Below are positions 1 to 12,455 of a DNA stretch of 64,000 bases, in pieces (the stretch's first letter is position 1; each line of letters starts with the position of its first letter). The DNA is from Octopus sinensis (lineage: Eukaryota). Below the pieces are notes generated by a model. It ran no database searches. It saw only the letters and a list, made by a program, of their open reading frames with translations, and was not told where the DNA came from. The translations under genes and the position numbers were made by a program. Location of the stretch: NCBI RefSeq assembly GCF_006345805.1, contig NC_043006.1, forward strand, positions 34,906,001 through 34,970,000. The letters run 5' to 3'.

Positions 1-420
1 GGGGTAAAAACTGCAACGACAACAAACATTACTAATAGCATATAATCTCAACATTGACAACAACAACAATAGCAATAACAACTATAATGACAAATTGAAA
101 AAGCCAACAAAAACGTCAAATAGCAACAACAAAAACCACGATACGAGTTGCAACTATAATCACAATATTGAAAACAACTGCAGTAATAACAGGAACATGA
201 ATGATGACAAAAACAAAAACAATAGTAATTTGAGCAGTCACAAAAGAATTGATATTTTTTCAAATAATAGTGACAGTCACAGCAGCAGCAGTAGCAACAA
301 CAACAACGGCACCAGCGGCAGCAACAACAACTGTTTTGTTTTCTTTTTTGTAATAACAATACGGACTTCGATTAGTGGCATCAATGATGGTAAAAAGGCG
401 AACACATAATAAGAACAACA
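1..420. repeat. Degenerate (CAA/AAT/CAG)n low-complexity tract
   Basis: Runs such as caacaacaac, agcagcagcagtagcaacaac; the Asn/Cys-rich ORFs here are translation artefacts of the repeat. Confidence 0.7.
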
Positions 421-1315
421 TTATTATTATCATTGATTAAATCCAAGAGCAATCCGGAGGACTGCGTCAGCGTACTCTAATGAATGATTCCCCCTTCAAA
501 AGGATAAAGCTAAAAACAGTAAAATGACAAAAATATATATAATAAAACGGAGTATTGTACTCTTATTTTGTTCTTTTTTCTCCTTCTTTGTTTGCGTAGG
601 TAGTGTGCGTCTGGATGGAGGAGGGGTGTTTCTGAAACCTTTTTTTTTTGGATAATTCCCCATCATCAATTATCTGATGAAATACATAATAAAGAAACCA
701 ACAAAAACAATAAAAAAAACATGTATAAACCTTTTTTATATAATTTTGGTGTTCTGATTCTTGTATTTTTTATCTAATTTTTTATTATTACTTTTTTACA
801 TTTAATTTATGTTTTGCTTTTGAAATCGTAAATTCATAAAATAATTAGAAGAGAAACAACACTGCCATCATCACTATCCTTATCATTACAATCAGCGTCG
901 TCATCATCATCTTCGTCATCGTCACCATCGCCGCCACCAGAAGCAGCAGACAGTTGAAAGGACTCTGTTTTTTCAGTCGCTTTAAAATTTCTCCTCAAAT
1001 CTCCACCTCCTGTCATCATAATGTAGAGAAACTAGGACAACGTCATGAACAAAATAAAATAAAATAATAATAATAACAGCTGCGGTTTGCGGATGGGGTG
1101 CCGAATGCACTTTTGCCGAAGGACAAGAAGCCGAAGCCAAGAAGTTGAATGGACACAATGCCGAACGGACAAGATGCCGTAAAGACATACGATAATTAAA
1201 TTTAATCTCGTTAAATCGACGACGGCCATGGTAACACTATCAAAAGTTATGTTGAAGAAATCGACGGCAGGACTTATACTTTGTTAAAATCTTTTATCTA
1301 TTATAACATTCCATC

Positions 1316-1611
1316 CTGCCGAACCGCTGCGTTATGAGGATATAAATAATCTAACCAACGTTCTGAAACAGAGGTTGGGGTGAGTGACACACAAAGACAC
1401 CAGACATAGACATGTGTGTGTGTGTGTGTGTGTGTGTATACGACTGGCTTCCACACAGTTTCCGTATATCAGCTTCACAGACAAGGCATTATCATTATTC
1501 GGTCCGGGCTATAGTTGAAGTTATATGCTCAAGATGCCGTGCTGTGGGACAGAACACGAAACCGCGTGAGTGGAAAGTTACCTTCCTAAACACACAGTCA
1601 TATCTGCGCCT
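1316..1611 (-). mobile_element. tRNA-derived SINE, family A (internal TG/TA microsatellite), diverged copy
   Basis: Reverse complement matches the + strand copy at 63549-63942 (aggcgcag..gtgtg head, ctatagcc..gacc, gaagcc.gtcgtat, (TG)n, agcggttcggca). Confidence 0.75.
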
Positions 1612-2060
1612 CTGTATGTTTTTGCATATAAATATTGACCTCTTCGGTTTCATAAGTTCCTACCACTTTAGCTTAAGAGAGCAGTCCAATGTTTTCTTGT
1701 CGTGACCATCCATTACTATTAATGACACTAAAATGTGATTTAAGGAGAATTTGGATGCTATTTCTATGAAGTTACGCAAACAGTTTTCCGTATTGACTCG
1801 TTAGTATTAGATGGGTTATGCTGTGGATGTTATTAGAAAATGTTTCTAATCCGGTGAGCTGGCTGGCAGAATTGGTAGAGCCACAAAAACAACGTTAGCT
1901 TTATCTATTCCGGCTCTTTATGTTTTGTTATTGACGTCGAAGTTAACTTCCCCTTTCATTGTGAAACTAAGTTACTAAACAAGCAATAAGTTCGGTGGAC
2001 ATCGGTTACCACCTCCTGTCAAAATCATTGGCCGCCTGCCTAAATTAGAAACAATTATTC

Positions 2061-2481
2061 AGGCTTGCAGATTGGCAGAACTCTTAGTGTTGAAAAAACG
2101 TGTTTTGTGACACGTTTCTTGGCTCCTTAGGTATTTCGTCTACCGCTACGTTTTGAGTTCAAATTCCGCCGAGGTCGACTTTGCCTTTCATCATTTCGGG
2201 GTCGATTAGATAAGTACCAGTTACGCACTGAGATCGATATAATCGACTTAATCCGTTTGTCTGTCCTTGTTTGTTCTCTCTGTGTTTAGCCCCTTGTAGG
2301 TACTAAAGAAATAGGTATTTCGTCTGACTTTACGTTCTAAGCTCAAATTCCTCCAAGGTCGACTTTGTCGTTTATGTTTTGGATCAATAAATTAAGTACC
2401 AGTTGCGTACTGGGATCGATCTATCAGACTGACCACCTCCCACAAAATTTCGGGCCTTGTGCCTAGAGTAGAAGAGAATAT
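2061..2481 (+). mobile_element. Dimeric SINE, family B
   Basis: Two successive bodies containing gttctgagttcaaattcc..gaggtcgactttgcctttcatc..ggggtcgat..aagtaccagtt; same layout as 8545-8946. Confidence 0.8.
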
Positions 2482-3306
2482 TGTTTGAAATTTTGACACA
2501 CATCACTAATGTTGACCGGAGGGGGAAAAACTGATTACATCGAACCCGGTATTGGTTTCTTACTTTAGTATGTGGACCCCGAGTGGATAAAAGGTTAAGT
2601 GGGAACCTAGAGTCACACGAAATACCACTGTTTTGTTCGACGTGCCAGTGACTCTGTCGGCCCACCGCATCTTGCTGGTCGATAAAATAAAGTGCTAGTC
2701 ATCCGCCCGAGTATCTACGTCTACCCACGACAACCTAGGCAGCTGAAACAATTACTTAAAACACAGTGCCTGGTATTAAGCAATACTACTTCGCGAGAAA
2801 CAGCTGGCTGTATTTTACTGCAGTATATATTTTTATTATTTAATTACATTTATTTGTCTATTCAAATCTGAGCTTCTTCGATTTCACAGTTTTTTTTTCT
2901 TCAGCCATACAACAACTGTGGCGTATATTATTGCGATATACTATTGCCGGTCTACGAACAAAACAAGACAACGTTACTCCTACGTGTTCAACCGTTCTAA
3001 ATCAATCCATAAGAGACATAATTAAAATGATATTGCTGCAACGAGAAATATCAAATGTGTCTGTGAGTGGACTCAGCTGGAATATATTTCCTGCTCTAGA
3101 GTGCTCACCACTGAACAAATCATTGACGGAAATAGAATCTGTAGCCTAGTTTCATAGTTCAGTCGTATAATTCATGGTGCGTTTTTGTCACAACAAATGT
3201 GTTTTCATTTTATTTTCAACTTATGTTCTTCGAAGTTGTTGGATATTTTTTTCAACTATTTTGTTTGCGGTTTTGTGTGTGTGTGTATGTGTGTAAATTC
3301 ATGTAT

Positions 3307-3366
<60 letters not shown>

Positions 3367-3434
3367 TACACACACACATATATATATACATATATGTACC
3401 TATGCGTGTATATGTTGCATATATGCATCTGTAT

Positions 3435-3465
<31 letters not shown>

Positions 3466-3593
3466 CATACATATATGGGCGTATACATACACACGTATAT
3501 CATTGTACATATATATATATATACTATTTGAAACGTAATAGTACCGATGCACATAGATATGCGTACGTACATGTGTGTGTTTGTGTGTGTGTT

Positions 3594-3626
<33 letters not shown>

Positions 3627-4132
3627 ATGTGTCTGCATGTGTCTATATTTTGCGATATTTACATCGGGAATATAGCTTACAGCCTCTGGACTTGTAGCAT
3701 TTCAATAGATTTTATGTTACACAACAGCTTTTCCTCTGCTGTACTAATAACAAAAATAAAAATATAATATGAAAAGAAGATATATTCTGAGAGAAAGAAA
3801 AATCGAAGGAAACTTAGAAAACAGTGCAACGGAATATGACTGATGCTAATGTAAAAGAAAATATTAAGAGTTAATGTGAGAGAGAATTGCAGAATAAAAT
3901 ATTAATATATTCTCGAGGAGATGGGTGTAAATAGAAAATCGTAAGAGGGAATAGATTGTTTAAGTGGGAATCGAACTTGTTATCAGAATAGGACGTTTTG
4001 GGAAGGGACAACGGCATACGTATATACATATATGAATATATATATGTGTGTCTGTGTGTGTGTGTGCGTATTTGTGTGTGTATAGTTATTTATATAGATA
4101 TGTGTATATGTATTTACGTACATATATATATA

Positions 4133-4229
4133 TACACCATCTAGGAAATATACCGATGATTAATCATCGGTATATTATTGTTATTTTATTTTTAATATTT
4201 CTATTATACGTAATTTTCTAGATGGTGTA
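4133..4229. mobile_element. Small MITE-like element with 16-bp TIRs and an internal 30-bp palindrome
   Basis: tacaccatctaggaaa (4133-4148) versus ttttctagatggtgta (4214-4229), 15/16 match; perfect palindrome at 4147-4176; TA at both ends. Confidence 0.6.
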
Positions 4230-4275
4230 ATTTAATTGTTCATTTTGAATTGATAAAAGGTGTTTTTTTCTAATT

Positions 4276-4333
<58 letters not shown>

Positions 4334-4388
4334 CACTTCCTATCTCCCCCTTACTCCTAATTTAATTTTTCTAATTTATATATATATA

Positions 4389-4680
4389 AATTGAGAGAGC
4401 ACATAAATATCAACATCATCAGAAAGAAGTCCGGCGTGAGAGATGTCATCGCAGAGTATACTCGCAGCAAGTATAGATGGGCTGGAGACGTCGCCCGGCT
4501 CACCGATAATCGGTGGACGCACGCAGTTGGCGAGTGGTATCCGCGTGAGCGGAAAAGACCACCCGGAAGACCTCCACGACGGTGGAGTGATGATTTCAAG
4601 AGCACGATTGGGATCACGAGGATGAGAAAGGCGCGATCCAAATGGACGCCTGACGGACTGGTCGGTCAAAGTGATCAAAG
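4389..4680 (+). mobile_element. RTE-clade LINE 3' fragment (C-terminus of the RT ORF)
   Basis: ORF 4391..4789 encodes KYRWAGDVARLTDNRWTHAVGEWYPRERKRPPGRPPRRWSDD, the typical WAGHVAR..DNRW..W.PR..KR..GRP..RW.D motif of RTE-type elements, followed by a (TA)n tail. Confidence 0.85.
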
Positions 4681-5213
4681 TGATATATATATATATATAT
4701 ATAATATATATATTATATATATATATATATATATGATTGATTCTAGTTTCAGTTACACTTCCTATCTCCCTCTTACTCCTCTCATGTGACCTACTCATAA
4801 TATCTTGACCACCAACTAACACTCCTTTTTTCACTTTTTATCACGTTTTCACTTTTTCATTTTCTTTTTCCTTCATTTTCCCTTCTTACTTTCATTTTCT
4901 CTTCCTCTTTCTTTCCTTCTTCTTTTCTCATTCACAACACAAGACTCCTTTGAATGAACAGCACATGGAATCTACGCCTCTGTACTTTCCATTTGTAATG
5001 ACAAAATATGAACTTTTATTGAATTTACACATCATGGGCATGAAGCATTTCTACCACATCTACTCACCACTTTCTTTGGTAAATGGGACTGCAACTATAA
5101 CATCTTTATATACTTTTATTTTTACTTTCATTCTCCTCTTTCCTTCTATACTCCTCATTTTCATCCTTTTTCAAAATAACACCGTAAACTGATTTCTGAT
5201 ATTTCTGTCTTTT

Positions 5214-5356
5214 TAACCTCGTCAAGTACTGGAGGCATTTGTGTATGCTAACCCTCGTCAAGTACTGGAAGCATTTGTGTCTATTAATCTTCGTGAAATA
5301 TTGAAAGCATTTGTGTCTACTAACCCTCGTCAAGTACCGGAGTAATTTGTGTCGAC
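5214..5356. repeat. 36-bp minisatellite, 4 copies
   Basis: Units start at 5214, 5249, 5285 and 5321; consensus taaccctcgtcaagtactggaagcatttgtgtctac. Confidence 0.85.
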
Positions 5357-5450
5357 TATGTGTCTGAATTTGTGTAATTCAGTCTGAATATCAAGCAGAT
5401 ATATCTGTATATTGCAGCAATCTGTACTCTGAAAATAGAACTGTAAAGAA

Positions 5451-5507
<57 letters not shown>

Positions 5508-6769
5508 GAGAACAACAGAGAAAGAAATATATGTATAAATAGTGAGAGAGAGAGAAAGAAAAAGAGAGAGAGAAAATATGTGTGAGAGTGAGAGTTTGAG
5601 TTTCTGCTTCCTTCTCAGCTAAACCTACTTCCTGCCTGTCTACATCTAATCCACCTTTCAGCATTTGTGTAAAATGAAAACTGCTGGCCTTATAAACTAT
5701 AATAAAATATTTAAGATGACAATTATTTTTTAATCGTTGGTGCTGCTGTCGTCCTTACTACTGCTGTTGCCGTGTTTAGTTTTTGTTCTGAGTAAACCCA
5801 GTGTATACATATTAAGTATTTATCAAGGGGAGAACGGGCAGAATCGTTAGCAGAATCTTTAGCGGCATTTCTCCCGCCTAAACGTTCAGAGTTCAAGTGC
5901 TTCCAGGGTCGGCTTTACCTTTCATTCTTTCAGAGTCGATAACGTAAGTACCAGTTGCGTATTGGGTGTTGGTGTAATCTACTTATCTCCTCCCTTGAAA
6001 TAGCTGGCCTTGTGCCAAGATTTTAAACCAATTATTAAGTTAAAATATAAAGAATTGTAGCAGATATTTGCAGCTCCTGCTGCATGGTAACATTGGTACA
6101 ACTATGTTACATCCGTGAATTTCCTTAGTTGAACTCACAGACATGTCAAATTTATCTTTCTAATCCACAAAACTATTAATCAGGTACTCAGATTGATTTA
6201 ATTGATTGATACCGACGCAAAGTATATGGCGTTCTAACTTGATAGAAAATATGTGACAAACAAAATTTATCGAGATATTTCTTCGTGCTCCGTAGGTTCT
6301 ACGGTCAAATCACCCTCAGATCAATCTTATCATTCACGTTTCCGAGGAAAATAAAGTCAAGGGGCACTCAAGCTCAGAGGTGAATGGAACTACTAGCCAC
6401 ATTCCCGTGACAATTACTGGGTTTGTGTCTAAACTAAGAGCAATTATTAAAGGCGCAGAGCTGGCAGAATCTTCAGCGTGGGGATTTTACGGTCTGAGTT
6501 CAAATGGAAGCGAGGTTATGGCTGACTTTTATGTTTTCAGGTCTGAAGTACTGAATCCGATGTAGTCAACACACCCACTTCCTCAAACGTTGATGGTCTT
6601 GTAACAAAATTAGAAAGCATCATTATTATCATCATCGGCATTGTTATTAACTATTATGTGAGATTGCTAGGTCTGTAAAAATAATGATAAATCATATTAA
6701 GAACAATGAACTTCATAAAAGAATTCAATGATGAAACTCTTGCATAACAGCATAGAAAATTACACACAC

Positions 6770-7580
<811 letters not shown>

Positions 7581-8005
7581 CAGCAACCATTGATCTTGCT
7601 GCAGTTTTAAATATGTCCCCAGGGTATAACTCTATTAGATATCAGTTCTCACGTTATCCTATATCTCACTTGATTTTCCATTTAAATTATAATAAACGCC
7701 ATTTTATTTCGGTCAGGCGAAAAATTGATTTCTTACAATATTTTACATATATATATATATATTTATTTTTTACATTATTTATATATTTATTCATTAATAA
7801 TTTGTTTGTTTGTTTGGCGCGTTTTTTTTTTATCTTATTGTCGTTATAGTTGTTGGTACTGGTTTTCGTTAACGCTGTCGTTATTATTTTAGTTATTGTT
7901 TTTCGAATTTGCTAAAAGGTGGATTTGATGTACACGGGTAGGAAGTGGGTTTATCTGAGAAGGAAATAGAAAATTAAACTTTCTCTCTCTTTCATACGCA
8001 CACTT

Positions 8006-8044
<39 letters not shown>

Positions 8045-8544
8045 ATCTCTCACTATATATACATATATTTTTTCTCTCTAGTTCTCTCTTATTTTATTTC
8101 CTTCTCTCTCACTCTCTCTCTCTCTCTCTCTCCCCCTCTCCTCTTTTGCTTCTGGTACCTTCACGATCTCCTCCACAGCTACCGGTCAGTAACCAAGCTA
8201 CATCTTATACTGCCGCTACCATCACCATTATTCCTTATCACCACATAAAATAAAACGAAAGCTGGTACTTCGCCGGTTGCGACGACGAGGGTCCCAGTTG
8301 ATCCGATTCAACCAAAACATTCTTCACGTGAAATTAACGTGCAAGTAGCTGAGCACACCACAGACAGGTTGGGCCTTTGAATTATAATCCATTTTTGCCA
8401 ACCGACACTCGCTGCAACTTTCACATCAATCCACAGGACTCCTTTCTCTAACTTGATTTGCAGAAGAAATCAGTAGTGCCGAGTCTGAGAACAGCTGAGG
8501 TTTCGACGGCGACCGACAGAAACTGATAGTATTCCTATCCTCCA

Positions 8545-8946
8545 AGGCGGCGAGCTGGCAGAAACGTTAGCACGCCGGGCGAAATGCGTAGACGTATTTC
8601 GTCTGCCGTTACGTTCTGAGTTCAAATTCCACCGAGATCGACTTTGCCTTCCATCCTTTCGGGGTCGATTAAATAACTACCAGTTACGCACTGGGGTCGA
8701 TATAATCGACTTAATCTGTTTATCTATCCTTGTTTGTCTTCCCTGTGTTTAGCCCCTTGTGGGTAGTAAAGAAATAAGTATTTCGTCTCTCTTTACGTTC
8801 TGAGTTCAAATTTCACCGAGGTCGACTTTGCCTTTCATCCTTTCGGGGTCGATAAATTATGTACCAGTTGCGTACAGGGGTCGTTCTAACCGACTGGTCC
8901 GCTCACCAAAAACTTCGGCCCTTGTGCCTAGAGTAAAAATGAATAT
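8545..8946 (+). mobile_element. Dimeric SINE, family B (well preserved)
   Basis: tRNA-like head ggcggcgagctggcagaaacgttagc, body, tail ..agccccttgtgggtagtaaagaaata, then a second headless body ending ggccttgtgcctagagtaaaaatgaat. Confidence 0.85.
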
Positions 8947-8949
8947 TCC

Positions 8950-9300
8950 TGTCCTCTGCGATACTGGATATGCGGCTAATGCAGCAAAGTTGGCGCTGGT
9001 GTCAAAGCACGGCGCGTCCCAGATTAGGCATTTGCCTCCTTCGTACAGAAGAGGGTTATTCCGTCAGGGCGCTTAACATCCCCGTGATTAAGACCTCATA
9101 TGACCCTTCTAATTCATTGGCCGAATTCCTTGACAACTGCTCCACATTTGCATATAATGATTATCTTTAGTGGCATATTTTGTGGAATCCTTATCCAATT
9201 ACTTTCTGCCTGCAAAGTTTACTCATAATGTATTGGGTTCGCTCGGAGGTGCATCAGAAAATAATTGTATATGATGTCCGCGACTTTCTTAACCAAGCAT
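8950..9300 (-). mobile_element. Degenerate CRE-like non-LTR retrotransposon C-terminus (zinc knuckle + restriction-like endonuclease)
   Basis: My translation of the minus strand gives ICKCGAVVKEFGQ (9120-9160), then GLNHGDVKRPDGITLF, a 1-nt frameshift, and YEGGKCLIWDAPCFDT (9000-9095). This matches the CxCG..VD..G.H and KRPDG.T..P...G..L.WD.TC.DT signature of CRE-type RLE elements. Confidence 0.7.
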
Positions 9301-10226
9301 CTAAACTACTAAATTCGTCCGTAATTATAAAAACACCTCCTCCAAATCACAACTGTCTGCTTAAAAAGATGTATGGAGATATTAATTATTGTAGTTGCGA
9401 TTTATTTTTAAAATATCGTAGGTCTACTCGACCAGGGTTAATATGAAGCTCAACAAAAGGGAAATCAAGAATGAGACAACTGACATCACCAAAACCATAT
9501 CAAACCACTTACTTTTATGCATATATTAGCTTCAAATTTTAGCACAAAGTCAGTAATCTGGGAGGAGGAGATTGGATGATTCCACTGACCCCATTCCTCA
9601 GCTGGTAGTTTTTGTATTAACCCCGAAGAGATTAAAAGCAGACTCGACTTCAGCAACATTTGAACTCAAAACATAAATTCAGAAATGTTGCTATGCATTT
9701 TTCCCGAGGCTGTAACAATCCTGCCAACTCGCCGCCTTTTCTTCTACAAATATTGTAGTTAGGATTGTTGCACTCTCAATTGCCAGGCAGCAATTTCAGT
9801 TCCTGGAGCAAGCAATGCGTTTTGCCACTGAACTAACAGTTCATCTCACGTTACTCTCTGACCACTTCGACAGTTGGTGTATGGTACACCGTGCACCTGT
9901 TCATGCAATGTTGATCTAATATTGAATGAATGAGTATAATGTACAGCACATACGTTTGAACACAACGGCAATTTCAGCTCAGCTGCTCCTTATTTTTATC
10001 GACTCCGCAACTATAAATGGGGAAGTCATCATCGGTGGAATTTGACGCCAGAACGTAAAGACGGACGAAATATCACTTAGCATTTTACCCGGCGGGCTAA
10101 AGAATGTCAGCTCAACTTATACATATATACACGCTGCATACATAAATGCATGTATACATACATACACACATACATACATGCATGCATACACACATACATA
10201 CATACATACATATATATATATATATG

Positions 10227-10870
10227 CAGGGTGATTGAAAAGTAACTCCCTATTTTAAAATACTTATAATTTATTTATTAACTATAATTTTATTTAAATT
10301 TTAATATAGGCATCAGCATTCACCACCAGCTTCTGAAGCCGCCTGGGAACCACATCAACTGATTTCATCAGGAAGTCTTATGGAATGAAAGACATAACTT
10401 CAAGTTCTTCCAAAGTCATTGGTTTGGTAGAGAAGACTTCCTCCTTTAACCAACCCCAAAGAAAACAGTTAAAGGGTGTTTAATCAGGGCTTCTGGCCAG
10501 CCAGTCATGCGGACCTTGATGAATTGGAAGGACGACCACTTCAAGTATCTGGTACAAATCCCGTAGTCATGAATTTTGCATGGCAAATCTTGATTATCTT
10601 TGCATCAACTTGAGTATGTCTTCCACTGGTCCTCCACCTTCTTTGCACTTGAACAACTGATCTCCAACTTCGTAATGTGCAACTAGCTGGGCATTATCCT
10701 GCACAGTAAAACATCCAGCCATGTTTGTAGGGCTTCTTAATTTCAAACAAAATAAACAATCTGAAAAAAAACAACATGGAATCAATTTCCATACATTAAA
10801 GAACATACACAACATATTTGAGAAAACAATATTATAAGCATTTTAAAATAGGGAGTTACTTTCAATCACC

Positions 10871-10873
<3 letters not shown>
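10227..10873 (-). mobile_element. Internally deleted Tc1/mariner-superfamily DNA transposon
   Basis: ~43-bp TIRs cagggtgattgaaa(a)gtaactccctattttaaaat.cttataat at both ends within (TA)n. The minus strand encodes an N-terminal MAGCFTVQDNAQLVAHY and a C-terminal WLARSPD*TPFNCFLWGWLKEEVFSTKPMTLEELE. Confidence 0.85.
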
Positions 10874-10926
<53 letters not shown>

Positions 10927-11539
10927 GGGAGATGTACTCGCATAGCAAGTATTTGATCTGAGATCGTGTGCTGAAACGAAAACATTGCAGCGTGGAAGGT
11001 GTTTATAAGCCATTTAAGAAACACACAAAAGCCGTTCGATTCACTTCAAACGATTCACTTTGTTACATATATATATATACATACATACATACAAATATAT
11101 CCATATATATATGTACCTATATTTATCTCTCTCTCTTCTCTCTCTCTCTCTCATCTCTCTTTCTCTCTCTCTCTCTCTCTAGATATATATATATATAATA
11201 TATATATAATATATATTTAAGGCAAATAAAAATTGGTGCAGATAATCAATAGACAAACATCAGTCTGTAAACATTCATTGAGATCTACTTATTAATTAAT
11301 TATAATCATATGTATAAGTAATCAAAAAAAATATAATCGATATTTTTAGATTGATTATCTTCTCCATTTTCTCCCTTGCCTCCTAAATTCTGGGTAAATT
11401 TTTGTTTACCCCCACTGATACTTATTATTCAATTGTGTTCTTGCCATATAGCAGTAAGCATTTGGATATAAATACGTAGGTATACATCCACTAGTATATT
11501 GGGTAATTATTTTCCCTTAGATGGTTGTTTACCTTCTAA

Positions 11540-11574
<35 letters not shown>

Positions 11575-11779
11575 ATATATATATATAATATAATTATGTT
11601 CTTTAATAGGCAACATTAACTGCAGTACATTATTTTCTGCAGACTTTGTTTCCGGAATTTAGCACGCCAGAACACAGACATTTGAAATTAACCCCAATGT
11701 AATCGGTAGAACTAAGCACGTGTTTGGTTTTATACAGAAAACTGGTGGTTAGTTTTACAAATTATATTGTTTTTGGAAC

Positions 11780-11855
11780 GATCGTACTGATGAATCTACG
11801 GACGAAGGATTACGTAAGTAATTTATTCGGTAATAGACGAAACCGGTATACGATT
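11780..11855 (+). ncRNA. Type I hammerhead ribozyme motif (palindromic stem III)
   Basis: Stem I atcgta (11781-86)/tacgat (11849-54); CUGAUGA 11787-93; stem II tcta/taga extended by attac-GTAA-gtaat; GAAA 11839-42; ccgg; UA cleavage site 11847-48. Position 10.1/11.1 is A.C rather than G-C. Confidence 0.75.
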
Positions 11856-12254
11856 AATTCTTGATTTTTATATAATTTTCATCTTTCTTGCCTGCCTATG
11901 TTCTGGTGTTCGCTGAATTTTCTCTGAAGAACATTTTTTCTTTGTAGTTTGATCGTATGTGATCTACTTCTAGCATATGTTTGTCCACATTGTGGTTTTT
12001 AGCCCTAAATATACACATGTATTAAATATATATATATATATGGACATGTTAAAGATTTTACAAGAACAGTCGTGAGATTCCGATGACAGCCTGAGGTTAT
12101 TTAGGAGCCAGAAACATCCAAGTCACTACCATCACTACTCTCCAAAATGAATAATACATAGGTACACTACTAAAAGTGTCTTCTAATTCTTCAGTTTCAT
12201 GTTAAATTGTTTCATAACTCGATACAAAACAAATATTTCTATATATGTTGCAAA

Positions 12255-12455
12255 AGGCAACGTGCTGGGAGAATCGTTAGCACGCTGAGCTATATGCTTA
12301 GCGGTATGCCGTCCATCCATATGTTCTGAGTTCAAATATCGTCGAAGCTAACTGTGCCTTTCATCTTTCGCGATCGATATAATAAGCACCAGTTGGGTAC
12401 TGGGGTCAGTGTAGTCAACGTCTCTGAAATTGGTGGTCTTGTGCCAAGATTTTAC
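12255..12455 (+). mobile_element. SINE family B-related monomer, diverged
   Basis: gagaatcgttagcacgc..gttctgagttcaaat..gcctttcatc..ataagcaccagttgggtactggggtc..ggtcttgtgccaaga. Confidence 0.65.

Noticed and set aside
48-409. Cys-rich and Asn-rich ORFs
   Set aside because: Translations of degenerate trinucleotide repeats; no domain and no splice context.
3185-3767. Many 60-190 aa ORFs of YI/HT/CV/LSIY dipeptide type across the window
   Set aside because: They are (TA)n, (CA)n and (GATA)n microsatellites, which lack stop codons in some frames.
5214-5356. 36-bp repeat as a CRISPR array
   Set aside because: Units are contiguous with no unique spacers, there are no cas genes, and the context is eukaryotic.
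9760-9920. Open frame after a tgtag acceptor (RIVALSIARQQFQFLEQ..)
   Set aside because: No recognisable homology, a weak donor, and the 3' part looks like repeat sequence.
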